From Mobula birostris (taxonomy: Eukaryota), in assembly GCF_030028105.1 (NCBI RefSeq), contig NC_092383.1, positions 86,509,921-86,573,920 of the forward strand: DNA of 64,000 nt, read 5' to 3'. The translations under genes and the position numbers were made by a program. Below are positions 12,608 through 25,958 of the stretch, piece by piece (position 1 is the stretch's first letter; each line of letters starts with the position of its first letter). A model generated the notes under the pieces. It ran no database searches, was not told the origin of the DNA, and saw nothing but the letters and a program-made list of their open reading frames with translations.

Positions 12608-15600
12608 GTAACACAATTGGTGTGTGGTACATGACAATCTGAAAAGCTTTTAGTTATATTTAGCAGAACAGGAACACTTAAACTATTCTCAAAGAGTGAA
12701 TGAAGTGATGAGAAGTGTTAAAATATTAGAGACAAGCAACAGGAAACGTTTTAATCTGAAGTCAAAATAAACGACTGTAGGTGTCCTGAAGCAGGGAATT
12801 AAGCTGAAATGTTGACCACCTGACTCCTGAAGTTCAATTTATTTTTTGCATGATTTATAGTGTTAGCTGTGGTGCGTCATTGGGAACAGTGTTCATGGTG
12901 AAAAGTTAACGATGGAAAGAGAAAGAGCCCATGTAGAGTGTTGTGAGTGTGAGGAGAAAGTTTGATGGCTCTAGGCGTGTACTCACTGGAGATTAGAAGA
13001 ATGAGGGGGAGAGGGGGAATCATATTCAAACCTATTGAATATTGAAAGGACAAGACAGAGTGGATGTGGAGAGGATGTTCCCTGTGAGTTCTAGGATCAG
13101 AGGGCAGTGCCTCTGAGTACAAGCACATTCCTTTAGAACAGAGATGAGGGAAAATTGTTTTAGCTGGATGGTGGTGAATCTGTTATATTCACTGTCACAG
13201 ATGACCGTGGAGGCCAATTCACTGGGTATATTTAAAGTGGAGATTGATAAATTCTTGAATAGTAAGGGCATGAAAGATTATGGGGAGAAGGCAGCAGAAT
13301 AGGGTTGAGAGAGAAAATAAATCAGGCACAATGGAATGGTGGAATAGACTCAAAGGGAAGAATGGCCTAATTCTTCTCTCTGCCTTTTGGTCCTATGGTC
13401 TTCTGATACAGGCAGCAATCTGCTGAACCTCTTCTGCAATCCCTCCAATGTTTCCACATCTTTCTTGCTATGCTGCAAACACAACTACACACTGACCTGA
13501 AGTGTGTCCTAATCATATTTTTATACATTTGCAACCTGAATTTTCATATGCACATTGCTGGCTCATTGCCATTAGCGGAAACACATCTCCCTCTGTTCCA
13601 AATTTCAGGGAGTTATGGACTTACACTCCAAGCTTTGTCCGTCATTCCGGATCTTGCCTTGGTACCCCCAGCACTCAGGGCAAACCCTTTTCTCATTGTT
13701 ACCATCAGTAGGGAGATACAGAAGCCTGAAGGCACACACTCAGCAATTCAGGAACAGCCTTTTCCCCTCTGTCATCCAATTCCTAAATAGGTATTTTATG
13801 CATAAAGACTACCTCACTTTTTTAATGTATATTATTTCTGTTTGTGCATGATTTTAATCCATTCAGTATATGTATACTGTAATTTATTTTTTTCTCTTCT
13901 TCTATATTATATATTACATTGAACTGCTGCTGCTAAGTTAACAAATTTCATGACACATGCCAGTGATAATAAAAGTGATTCTGATTCGGGTTCTGATTTT
14001 GATTCTGATAATTCAATGTTTTGGGGAGCTTGCTGCTGAGGAGGGAGCAAAGTAGGAAATAGGTGTGATGTAGAAGAGGCTTTTCACGCAAACTCAGCAT
14101 ACAGTACTTCACTTCATTCCCTCTCCTCTCTGAAAACCGTGTCTGCTCTTTGAAGGAAACTTTAAAGCACACCTTTTCTGAATTCTATTCCATCTGTCAG
14201 TGCAATTTCAAGAACTCTGATGGATTTTCACTTTACTCTGGTTAGATGTGAGAGGAAACCAAGTGAATGGAATTACACAGTCACAATGGAGTAAAATCCA
14301 TATCAGATCTGTTCTTAAACCAAATCAACTCAATTTTGACAGGAAATGATCTGTGTTAAGTAGACAACCCCTGTAGTTTCTATTTCTCATAGAATCACAG
14401 GGCACAGTTAATGGGCTGGACACACTTGTCCAAGGAGAAGACATTTCTGTCTTACCTAGCTCAACTCCATGGTCTCCCTTTCCCCTAACCCTGCATATCT
14501 TTGCTGAGATTCTCAGTCTCTAGCATCACAGTATCTCTGTTCACCAGGTTAGATCTTCCTATGTTAGTCGAAGTGTGATCTATCCACATTCATGCTGTGC
14601 AATTATCTGGGACAGATGAAGTCTGAGGAGAGCTTCAGTGCAAGGAATAACAATTCTCACATGTCACACATATTGTAGAAGTAATACAGAATCATAATCA
14701 AAATCAGTCTTAATATCACTGACATAATGTATGTTGTGAAATTAAATGTAGCAGTCCTAAATGGGAATGTTTGATGATTACCATTGGAGCTCTACACAGA
14801 GTCACGACTTCTCGGTGCCATCTTGAATTTTATCTGAACAATGTTAATTGTTCAACCTTGATTTCATTGTAAACACTGGAAAATCTGCAGATGCTGGAAA
14901 TCCAAACCAACACACAGAAAATGCTGGAGGGAACTCAGCAAGTCAGGCAGCATCTGTGGAAATGAATAGATAGTCGACATTTCAGGCTCAGGCTCTTAGT
15001 CAGGTCTGAGAAGAAAGTGAGAAGTTGCCTGAATCAAAAGATGGGTGAGGGGCGGAAGGCTATCTGGAAGGTGATCAGTGATGCCAGCTGGATAGGAACA
15101 GGTGTAAAGGCAGTAAAAGAAGGAATCTGACGTGAGAGGAAAGTGGACCATAGGAGAAAAAGGAGGAGGGGCCTAGGGAGAAGAACCAGGCTGGTGAGAA
15201 CTGGTAAAAGAAGGGCCTCCGACTGAAACCTTGACTGTCTATTCACCTCCATAGATTCTGACTGACCTGCTGAGTCCCTCCAGTATTTTGTGTGTGTTGC
15301 TTTTGACCTCATTGTAGTATGAGGGTTGAGGTGATTCAAGAATGTAGCTCATTTATATTTTCCTGAATTTTTGTTGCTGACTTTGCAATTGTTTATAAAC
15401 ACTTAATTTCACATTGTATATCAAGAGATAAATCATAAAATAATTCAGTATAGATGGAGAGCTGTTGTAATTTTGGGTTTGTTACATTTGCTTTAGGGGA
15501 AAGCAGTGCAGTATATTAGCCATGAATGTATATCTGCTTAAATTCTGTACATTGTATAGTATGAGTGCTGGCTCTATTGCATCAGTCACTGCTGTCATCA

Positions 15601-15769
15601 GTCTAATGTTCACCCTCAGCGAATGATGTGGTTAGAACTTCTGTCTTCTTTACTTGTCTTACCAAACAGAATATAGAGAAGTAACAGCAGATGCTACACA
15701 TTGACAGATTGTTCTGGCCTCTTCCTGCATTGCACCATCACTTCTTGGAAAACTTCTCAAAGGTCATTT

Positions 15770-16712
15770 TCATAAATAACCTGGATGAGGAAGTGGAGGG
15801 ATGGGTTAGTAAATTTGATGACACAAAGTTTGGGCGTGTTGTGGATAGTGTGGAGGGCTGTCAGAGGTTACAGCGGGACATTGATAGGATGCAAAACTGG
15901 GCTGAGAAGTGCAGATGGAGTTCAACCCAGATAAGTGTGAGGTGGTTCATTTTGGTAGGTCAAATATGATGGCAGTATACAGTATTAATGGTTAGACTCT
16001 TGGCAGTGTGGAGGATCAGAGGGATCTTGGGGTCCAAGTCCATATGACACTCAAAGCTGCTGCGCAGGTTGACTCTGTGGTTAAGAAAGCATGCGGTGCA
16101 TTGGCCTTCATCAATCGTGGGATTGAGTTAGGAGCCAAGAGGTAATGTTGCAGCTATATAGGACCCTGGTCAGACCCCACTTGGAGTACTCTGCTCAGTT
16201 CTGGTCGCCTCACTACAGGAAGGATGTGGAAACCATAGAAAGGGTGTAGAGGAGATTTACAAGGATGTTGCCTGGATTGGGGAGCATGCCTTATGAGAAT
16301 AGGTTGAGTGAACTCGGCCTTTTCTCCTTGGAGCAACGGAGGATGAGATGTATAGATAGAGGTGTATAAGATGGTGAGAGACATTAATTGTGTGGATAGT
16401 CAGAGGTCTTTTCCTAGGGCTGAAGTGGCTAGCATGAGAGGGCATAGTTTTAAGGTACTTGGAAGTAGGTACAGAGGAGATGTCAGGTGTACGTTTTTAA
16501 TGCAGAGAGTGGTGAGTGCATGGAATGGGCTGTCAGCAATGGCGGTGGAGGTGGATAGATAGGGTCTTTTAAGAGACTCCTGGATAAGTACATGGAGCTT
16601 AGAAAATCAGAGGGCCATGGGTAACCCTTGGTAATTTCTAAGGTATGAACATGTTAGGCACATCTTTGTGGGCCAAAGGGCCTGTATTGTGCTGTAGGTT
16701 TTCTATGTTTTT
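15770..16712 (+). mobile_element. CR1 LINE 3' portion (second family)
   Basis: FDDTKFGRVVDSVEGCQRLQRDID..., RPHLEY-type tether region, ttctatgttt tail. Confidence 0.88.
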
Positions 16713-19700
16713 AACTGTGGGTCAATATCCTGATGAGAACAAGTGCAGAGATACAAAACATCTTCAGCAAAGTATTTTTGTTTCAGCAGCTAGATCACTG
16801 AACAACAATAACAATTTGGTGAAGAAAAGTGAAAAGGTCATTTAACCATCGTGTTTAAACTGGATCCCAATCCTGTGCATACCTCTAAATACAATGGTGG
16901 GATTGTAAAACATTTTCCATTCGGTTGTTGAGAAGTCATACAAAAAGAGCAGCTTCATGAGGTATTGGTCAGACTGCATGTGGAAGATGGTGAACAGTTT
17001 TTGGCCCCTTATCTTTGAAAGGATGTGCTGTATTTGGAGCGGATCCAGAGGAGGTTCCCGAGAACAATACCAGGCATGAGAGGGTAAATATGTGAGGAGT
17101 GCTTGATGTCTTGGGGTCTGTACTCGCTGGAGTTTAGAAGAATTGGGGAAGGGTTCTCAATGAAACCTCTTGAATAGTGAAGGGCCTAGACCTGGGTTGG
17201 TGTCTATGTGGAGAGGATGTTTCCTCTGGTAGAAGGGTCCCTGACCAAAAGGTACTGATTCTGTGGAATTTATTATCACAGATGGCTGAGGAGGCTAAGC
17301 CCTTGGACATATTTAAAGCAGAGGTTGATAGGTTTTTGTTTAGTAAGGGTGTCAAAAGGTACTGGGAGAATAGGGTTGAGGTGAACAATAAATGAGCCAT
17401 TATAGAATGGTGATACAGTCTCAATGGGCTGAATGGCCTTCTGCCACTATGTGTCATCGTCTTATGATCTGAAGTGATAGGGCAATGCAGGGAAAGGTTG
17501 CAACAGTTAGTTTACGTGAGGCATCCATTGATACTTAACTATATTCTATTTTTACAGAATAAGACAAGTAAAGAATACGGAAGTCCGAACACAGACTCAG
17601 GGCAGTAATTGTTGCCAAAAGTGCATCTACGAAGTACTGACTTGAAGGGGGTGAATACTTATGCAATTAATTATTTTGCATTTTATATTTCAAATAATTT
17701 ACATCACTATGTAGAGATCTGTTTTCATATGCAGAAGTGTCCATAAATCAGGGCTTCATCACCTGGGACTGAACTGTATTGTCTTTGTCTTACACCTCAT
17801 TCCTCTGAGCAGATCTGCTTTCTAAACTGACAGTGTTCCATTATTTATCCAGATCTGAGGAGGGGTCCCTGACCTGAAACTGGGTTCAATGGCCCAAAAC
17901 GTTCAGTGCTAATTCCTTTACAGAGATGCTGCCTGATCTGTTGAGTTCCTTCAACACTTGTGTGTGTTCAATCAGTATACAGGAGGACGTTTGAAAATCT
18001 GGTTGTATAGTGTCACAACAACTATCTCTCATTTAACATCATCAAAACCAAAGTGCTGATTATTGACCACAGTATGAGGTATCCAGAAGTCCACGAGCCA
18101 GTATTCAGCAGGAAATCAAAGGTGGAAAGAGTCAGTAACTTTAAATTCCTTGGCATTATCATTTTAGAGGATCTGTCCTGGGTCCAGCACAAAGAAAGCT
18201 GACAGCGCATTATTTACTTAAAAATTTGCAAAGATCAAACTGTCATCTAAAACTTTGACAAAGTTCTATAGATCCACAGTGGAGCATATTCTTACTGGTT
18301 GCATCATGGCATGGTATGAAAACACCAATGTCCTTGAATGGATAAACCTATAAAAGGTAGTGGATAAAGTCCAGTTGATCACAGATAAACCCCTCCTCAC
18401 TGTGGAGCACATTGTCACACTAAAAACAGCATCTATCATCAACTAGGCCATGCTCTCTTCTTCCTGTTGCCGTCAGGAAGCAGGTACAGGAGCCTCATGT
18501 CCCACACCAGCAGGTTCAGGAACAGATATTACCCCTTAATCATGGGGCTTCTGAACCAGAGTGGATAATTTCACCTATCACTGAACTGATTTCTCAACCT
18601 ATGGACTCACTTTCAAGGATTCTACAATTCATGTTCTCAAATATTATTTAGAACTTATTTACCTATTACTATGATTATTATTTTGTTTTTCTTTTAGTAT
18701 TTCCATTTTTTTTTACTCATTGGTTATTTGTCTTTGTGTGTAGTTTCCACTGATTCTATTGTGTTTCTTTGTATTTACGGTGAATGCCTGAAAGTAAATG
18801 AAATAGTATATGGTGACATATACAGTATGTCCTTCAATAATAAATTGAAGTTTCTTTTCTGACAATTATGCAATCATTTGATCAGAATAAAATAAAAGTT
18901 AATTGAAATTGGGTATATTTCCAGTCAATATTCAGGGGTATTAAAGACGAATGAACAATGGAATTAAAAGTTGGGTGTTGAACAAAATGAGTGATTGCCT
19001 TGTTGCAGCTTGCAATGGTCAACGGGGTGTGAATCTGCAAATAGAAGTTGCTACTTTTCTCAGAGTTGACATGTAACTGTAACCCGTCGATGTACAATTC
19101 GCCTCGGAGCTGCTACATGAAGGGAGCTGTTTGCAGATGTAAAGATCATCACTCATGATAACAAAACGCAAAATATTAGAAGATTCTTTGTAATCAGATA
19201 ACGATGTGGTATAGCACAAGTTTTTTTCACACAGTGGATGAGAAAGAGAATAAGTAAGGCAAAAGGCCAGCATTACATTGAAAACTGCAGCAGGTCACTC
19301 TTATGCAGCGAGTTTCAACCTGGAATAAAACTGCAACCTACACACCAATTTTGAGCTTATTATAGTTGTATATCTTTCACCTTTGATTGAGATGATGTCA
19401 GTTTCTTTGATTAATATGACAGAGGATTCACATATTAAGGTATCAAGTTTCAGTAACTGACAGACTATAGTTTCAAGATCAGGCACCTGAATCAGCATGG
19501 ATAACTTCACTCACTCAACACTGAACTGATCATGACACAGAAACCTAAGGGCTCACTTTCAAGGACTCCATAACTCGTGTTCTCAGTATTTATTTATTTG
19601 GAGATTCAGCACAGAACAGGCTCTTTAGGCCCAATGAGCCACACTGCCCAGTAACCCACCGATTTAACCCAGCCTAATCCCAGCACAGTCTTCACTAATT

Positions 19701-19811
19701 CATTTGACACAAGAAGATGGATTTCACTGTATGCTTCGAAGTTTTGATGTAAATTTGATGAATATAAAGCTAATTTTTAAAAATAAAACAGAATATACAT
19801 GCAATATTTCC

Positions 19812-19986
19812 TTCCCGACCCTGTAGCCCATTGGTTTCTACTGAAACTGAATATTGGTGACCAATATTCCATGGCACCAATACATTGTGTGTGACTGATT
19901 TACTGTTGCATAGGGGCAATCATTTATGATCACCTTTCCTACAACTCCTCTTACCCCATCTCTCCATCTCCACAATCCATCTCTCT
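19812..19986 (-). pseudogene. Gene B relic V exon (5' part only)
   Basis: Reads GVRGVVGKVIINDCPY...SHTMYWCHG, then frameshift and TAG; 3' half and donor are absent. Confidence 0.8.
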
Positions 19987-21470
19987 CTAACCAAAAGTAA
20001 ACTGAAATTGAAAGCAAAATTCTTGAGGATCTGAAGAGAATTCAGAATTGAAGCGAATGAGGGTGAGAGACAACATGATAGAGATGTATAAGATGATCAG
20101 AGGCAGAGATCAAGCGGAGATCCAGAGAATATCTCAGGGCAGAAATGGCCAATGTGTGGGGGAATAATTTCAAGGTGATTGGAGGAAAGGATTGAGAGGG
20201 TGTCCGAGGCATGTTCTTTACACAGAGTGGTGGGAGCATGAAAAACCTTGCCAGGAGTGATGGTAGAGGCAGATACACTTAAAAGACTCTTAGATAGGCT
20301 TATGGATTATAGGAGAGCTTTAGAAGGGATGGATTAGATTGATCTTATAGTAACACACAAATGCCAGAGAAACTTAGCAGGCCAGGCAGCACCTATAGAA
20401 ACAGGTACTGTCCACGTTTCGGGCTCAGACCCTTCAGCGTCTACTCCCCAATTTTCAGGAACAGTAATTACCCTTTCATCATCATACTCCTGAACCGATG
20501 TGGATAACTTCACTCACTTGAACTATGAACTGATTCCACAACACATGGAATCAGTCTCACTTTCAAGGATTCTGCAGCTCATACTCTCAGTATAAAAATA
20601 ATGTATTAAAATATGTGTATTTTTATCTGCACTATTTGTCTTCTTTTGCACCTTGGTTGTTTGTCTGACTTCATTTATGTAGGTTTACACAAATTCTATC
20701 ACATTGCTTTATTTTTCTCTAAACGCCTGAAAGAAAATGAATCTCACTGTAGTATATGCTGACATGCATGTACTTTGATAATAAATTTACTTTGACTTTG
20801 ACTAGTGCAGCACTTTGTCAAAAGGCTTTTGAAAATCCAAGTAAACAACATCCACTGATGGACAAAGTCTCGTTCCTCTATGCAGCCTGTTAATTCTTTA
20901 AGGAGTTCTAACAAATTTGGCAGGGTAGATTTCTCCTTAAGCAGATTATGCTGACTTCAGCCTATCTTACCATATACCTCCAAGTACTCTGAAACCTCAT
21001 CCTTAATAACAGATTCTAACATCTTAGCAAACACTGAAGTCGGACTAATTGTCCTATAACATCCTGCCTTTTGTCTCCCTCCCTTCTTAAAGAAATGAGT
21101 GACATTTGTAGTTTTCCATTCCTCTGGAACCATACTTGAAAGATTATTACTCATGCCTCTACAATCTCTTCAGTTAGCTCCTTCAGAACCATGGGGTGCA
21201 GTCCAAGTAACTGATCCTATTTCACAATGTCCTCTCTCCTATTTACACCATCTTCCCTCTCCACTCAGGTTCAATGCAGAGTCTCAACCCAAACCACCAA
21301 CAATTCCCTTCCCCCAGACAGATGCTGCTTGGCCTGCTGAGTTCCTCCAGGAGATTTCTCTGAACTCCAGTTTCTGACATCTTTAGTGTCTACACGTATT
21401 CAAGCTCTGTTCTGGAAACAATGCAAACCAAAACTGATTATAAAAATACCCCATGCTGGTTGTCACTCAC

Positions 21471-21507
21471 CGGGTAGGAAACTAATCAGAAGAATCAAAA
21501 TCCACAT
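21471..21507 (-). CDS. Gene B leader exon (intact, orphan)
   Basis: ATG at 21507, MWILILLISFLP+G, donor CCCG|GTGAGT, phase 1. Confidence 0.75.
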
Positions 21508-21569
21508 TGTTTTATTCACTGAGACCCTGTCAGCACTTGTCTGTTCACAGAGTGAAATTGCTGTTGAAT

Positions 21570-21614
21570 AAAATTAAGGAAGAAGAGGGCAGGAAGTCCA
21601 ATCGCGAAACCACA
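21570..21614 (-). promoter_or_regulatory. Putative promoter of gene B with ETS and RUNX consensus sites
   Basis: caggaagt at 21590-21597 and aaccaca (TGTGGTT on minus) at 21608-21614. Confidence 0.45.
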
Positions 21615-22124
21615 GTGAGCTAACTTAGGCTGATATGTGAACATATGAAAAGCAACACACACAAAATTCTGGAGGAACTCAGTAAGTCAGGAAGCATCTA
21701 TGTAAATGAACATACAGTCGATATTTTGGGCCGGAATCCTTTATCAGGTCTGAAAAGGAAAGGGGAAGACACCAGAATGAAAGGATGGGGTGAGGGGATG
21801 CAGGCTAGCTGGAAAGTGATTGGTGAAGCCAAGTGGGTGGGTAAGGTAAAGGGCTGGAGAGGAAGGAATCTCGTAGGAGAGGACCGTGGAACATAGGAGA
21901 AAGGGAAGGAGAAGGGGACCCAGGGGGAAGTGATAGGAAGGTGGGATGAGGTAAAAGGCCAGAATATCAAAAGCTCTTAATTATATTTGTCAAAATTAAA
22001 GACAATTCCCAATAACAGATAGAAATAATGAGAAAAGTCGAATTGTTAGACGCCAGCGACAGCAGATGTTATAATCTGCAGCAAAAATAAATTGCTGGAG
22101 GAGTCATGATGCAGCAGCTTAATC

Positions 22125-22503
22125 TGCAATGTTGACCATTCTGCCGGACATTAAAAGTGACAGGTGCGTAAAAAGGACCCGAAGGATTATTGGCAAACCA
22201 AGTTACCCCGACCACAAACTGTTCCAGCTGCTACGATCCGGGAAACAGTATCGCAGCATAAAAGCCAGGACCAACAGGCTCCGGGACAGCTTCTTCCACC
22301 AGACCATCAGACTGATTAATTCACACTGACACAATTGTATTTCTAAGCTATATTGACTGTTCTGTTGTATATCTTACTGTTCATACTCTTTATTACAAAT
22401 TACTGTAATTTGCACATTGTACATTCAGATGGAGATGTAACGTAAAGATTTTTACTCCTTATGTGATGGATGTAAGAAGTAAAGTGAATTCAATTCAATT
22501 CAA
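22125..22503 (+). mobile_element. Rex1/Babar-like LINE 3' fragment
   Basis: Same family as 23240-24333, with (aattc)n tail. Confidence 0.7.
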
Positions 22504-22865
22504 TCTGCAGATGCTATCTGACTCCCTAAGTTCCTCCAGAAGCTTTTTCTCTTGCTTGAGTTAAAATGTTATCCATGATGAGTCATCAAGTAAAGGGTTG
22601 ATGACAAAAAGTTAACTGAGGAAGGAAAAGGAATGAGAGGAAGAGAAAAAACCATGGTCAAGACGTTCAGTTGTTCTTCAGAACAAACATCAGAATGGGA
22701 AGAAATGTGTTCTAAGTGACTTTATTGTGGAATGGTTGTAGGTGCCAGATGGAGTAGTTTGAGTATCTCAGAAACTGATGATCTCCTGGGATTTGTACAC
22801 ATTACAGTCTCTAAAGTTCACAGAGGATGGAGCAAAAAATTGAAAAAAGGAAATCTTGTGAGTAG

Positions 22866-23107
22866 TGGTTCAGTGCCAATTCCAGGCACTGCAGTAATAT
22901 TGATGGTACTTGCATTGAAGGATTGACAACGTCGAGCCACTTCATTGGTGCCTGATACCGTTGGATACCCAGATGAGGTTATTTCAGACCATGTGTGCTG
23001 AATGGGAAAGGATCCCTGCAAGGACTCACAGGAAACTGACACTGAGTCCCTGAGACGTGAAACATTTGCTGTTGACAGATATCGAAGCACAGGAGAAGAC
23101 ACAGGTT
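22866..23107 (-). pseudogene. Gene C disabled C2a-like exon
   Basis: Acceptor intact; VSSPVLRYLSTANVSRL...SCESLQGSFPIQ; net 1-nt frameshift after CQSF, then TGA and truncation with no donor. Confidence 0.85.
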
Positions 23108-23239
23108 CTGTGGAAAGGAATTCAACAATCAGACACTAAATGAACATATGAAATCAAAAACTCCTCTACCACTTTATTAGGTACACCTGTTCACCTGTTT
23201 GTAAATGCAAATATCTAATTAGCCAATCATGTGGCAGCG

Positions 23240-24333
23240 TACTTACACACCTGGAGAAGAGGGATGCTGATGTGAGAATACTGTTCTTGGACCACAGTTC
23301 AGCATTCAACACCATAATTCCCTCCAGGCTTGACAAGATACTCAGAGACCTCAGCCTTCACCCTGCCTTGTGCAGCTGGATCCTGGACTTCCTGTCAGTT
23401 CGCCGGCAGGTGGTAAAAGGGGGGTTCCCTCATCTCTGCCCCTCTGACCCTCAACACAGGAGCCCCTCAGGGCTGTGTCCTAAGCGTCCTCCTTTACTCT
23501 CTGTATACTCATGACTGTGTTGTCACCTACAGCTCTAATCTGCTAATTGTATTTGCAGATGATACTATATTGATTGGCCTTATCTCAAATAATAACAAGA
23601 CAGCCTACAGGGAAGTCATCACCCTGACACTGTGGTGTCAAGAAAACAACCTCTGCCTCGATGTCGCAAAAACAAAGGAGCTGGTTGTGGATGACAGGAG
23701 GAATGGACACAGGCTAACCACTATTGACATCAATGGATCTGAGGTTGAGAAGGTAAACAGCATCAAGTTCCTTGGCATACACATCACCAAGGATCTCAAG
23801 TGGTCTGTACATACTGGTTGTGTGGCGTAAAAAGCACAACAGCACCTCTTTCACCTCTGATGGTTGAAGAAGTTTGGCATGGGTCCCCAAATCCTCAGGA
23901 CTTTCTACAGGGACACAATTGAGAGCATTCTGACTGGCTGCATCACTACCTGGTATGGGAACTGTACCTCCCTCAATCACAGGACTCTGCAGAGAGTGGT
24001 GCGGACAGCCCAGCACATCTGTGGATGTGAACTTCCCAATATCCAGGATATTTACAGTGATAGGTGCATAAAAAAGGCCTGTAGGATCATTAGGGACCCA
24101 AGTCACCCTAACCACAAACTGTTCTGGGACAGCTTCTTCCATCAGGCCATCAGACAGATTAATTCACGCTGATACAATTGTATGTCTATGCTACATTGAC
24201 TGTCCTGTTGTACATACTATTTATTACAAATGACTATAAATTGCACTTTGCAGGTTCAGACAGAGATGTAGTGTAATAATATTTACTCCTCATGTATGTG
24301 AAGGATGTAAGAAATATAGTCAATTCAATTCAA
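23240..24333 (+). mobile_element. Rex1/Babar-like LINE, RT C-terminal half
   Basis: RILFLDHSSAFNTIIP, FADD, GCITTWYGNC motifs and (caatt)n tail; inserted into the Tc1 relic of gene C. Confidence 0.8.
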
Positions 24334-24569
24334 CACAGTCCATAAAAGCATGCAGACATGGTCCAGAGATTCAGTTGTTGTTCAGGTCAAACATCAGAAT
24401 GTGGAAGAAGTGTGATCAAAGTAACTTTACGCATGAAATGATTGTAAGCGGTTGTTTGAGTATCTCAGATAATGCAGATCTCCTGGAATTTTCACACTGT
24501 CTCTAGAGTTGGTAGAGAATAGTGCAAAAAACAAAAAAAAAAACATCCATGGAGCAGCAATTCTATAAG

Positions 24570-24861
24570 CATAAAATCTCGTATCAACACCTGTTGCTGT
24601 AATTCTACAGCCGTACCATCCTGTATCTCCCGTGTGAAGATCCTCCATAGTAACAGCAAATACTCCCCATTCCGGGTTATCTGTGATTGACGCTCGGCTA
24701 CTCCGTCCGTGCTGCCCATTTGTTTCCACTAAAACTGAACATTGTTGACTCTATCCATGGTACCAATACTTTGTGTGTGAGCGGTACGTTGCATCAGTGA
24801 TAATCGATTGTGATCGCTCTTCCCACAACCCCTCTTACATCTTTCTCCTCACACAATGCAC
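24570..24861 (-). pseudogene. Gene C disabled Va-like exon
   Basis: Acceptor intact; Cys>Tyr at DCH and at WC, frameshift with TGA after DYH, TGG>TAG; 3' end and donor deleted. Confidence 0.88.
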
Positions 24862-25921
24862 CTGAAACTGAGGGAGGCATTTTCAGATTTGAGGGAAAGG
24901 AACAACTTCATGCAAACAAATATCTTGGAACACGAGTGTAAAAACAGGTCCAGGTCACGTCCAGAATGTGAACCATGATGAGCAACCAATAATTCCGGTA
25001 TGAAGTGCAGCCGAACGTACACAAATATAACAGCCGTTTCATTTAGGATGCTGCTCTAATTTCTGATGGAAATCTTATATTTTGCATCTGTAAGGTATTT
25101 CTATGTGTAGTTGGAAGGTGGTGTAACAGTGGTCATTACCACTTCAGTGTCAAGAACTCCAAGCATGATTTCAATTTCCATAAGGATATATTATGTGTTT
25201 AAATCCTATTTATTAATTATTTCTAGAATTTATAACCACATATCAATGATGGTAATAATCAACTACCAGATTTTCAAAATCCCATCTGGATCAGAAAAGC
25301 CTTTAGGGACAGAAATCTCTCATCCCTACCCACCCTGGCTTATCTTTGACTCCAGATCTAGTTGTATTCTTTACTTAATTGCCCCAGTGAAATGGCCCAG
25401 GAAAGACACTGATATCAAGACAATGTCAGCGTGTTCCCTGCAGAGTGAAATCAGATTCCAGCGATGGTAGACCTGATATTCCCACTGAACAGCCTCCAGG
25501 AGATTTCAGTAGCTGGATATATTCTCCCCCCACTTGGCTACACACTACTCCCTTTTTCCCTTTATCTGCTTCCACCTCTCAGCCATCTTCAAAATCCACC
25601 CCTTTTCCTCCCCATTCCATTTGCCTGTCATGCTTCACCCCTCCTCAGTCCCTGACCACCTAGTAGACCCAGATTCACATCTCCCCCTCTCCTATTTACA
25701 CTATCTTCCTCTCCACTCAGACTTGATGCAGAGACTCAGCCTAAACTGTCGACAGTTCTCTTCCCCCTAACAGATGCTGCTTGGCTCATTGACTTCCTCC
25801 GGAAGTTTGCTCTGAACTCCAGATTCAGTCATCTGTAGTGTCTGCACGCATCAAGTTCTGTTCTGCAAATGGTGGACGACCTCCAAACCAACGCAAATGG
25901 CCAGTGCTTGCTGTCACTCAC

Positions 25922-25958
25922 CAGGTAGGAAACCAATCAGGGGAATTGAAGTCCACAT
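25922..25958 (-). pseudogene. Gene C leader exon (degenerate signal peptide)
   Basis: MWTSIPLIGFLP+G with GTGAGT donor; hydrophobic core broken by Ser and Pro; downstream exons disabled. Confidence 0.8.
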
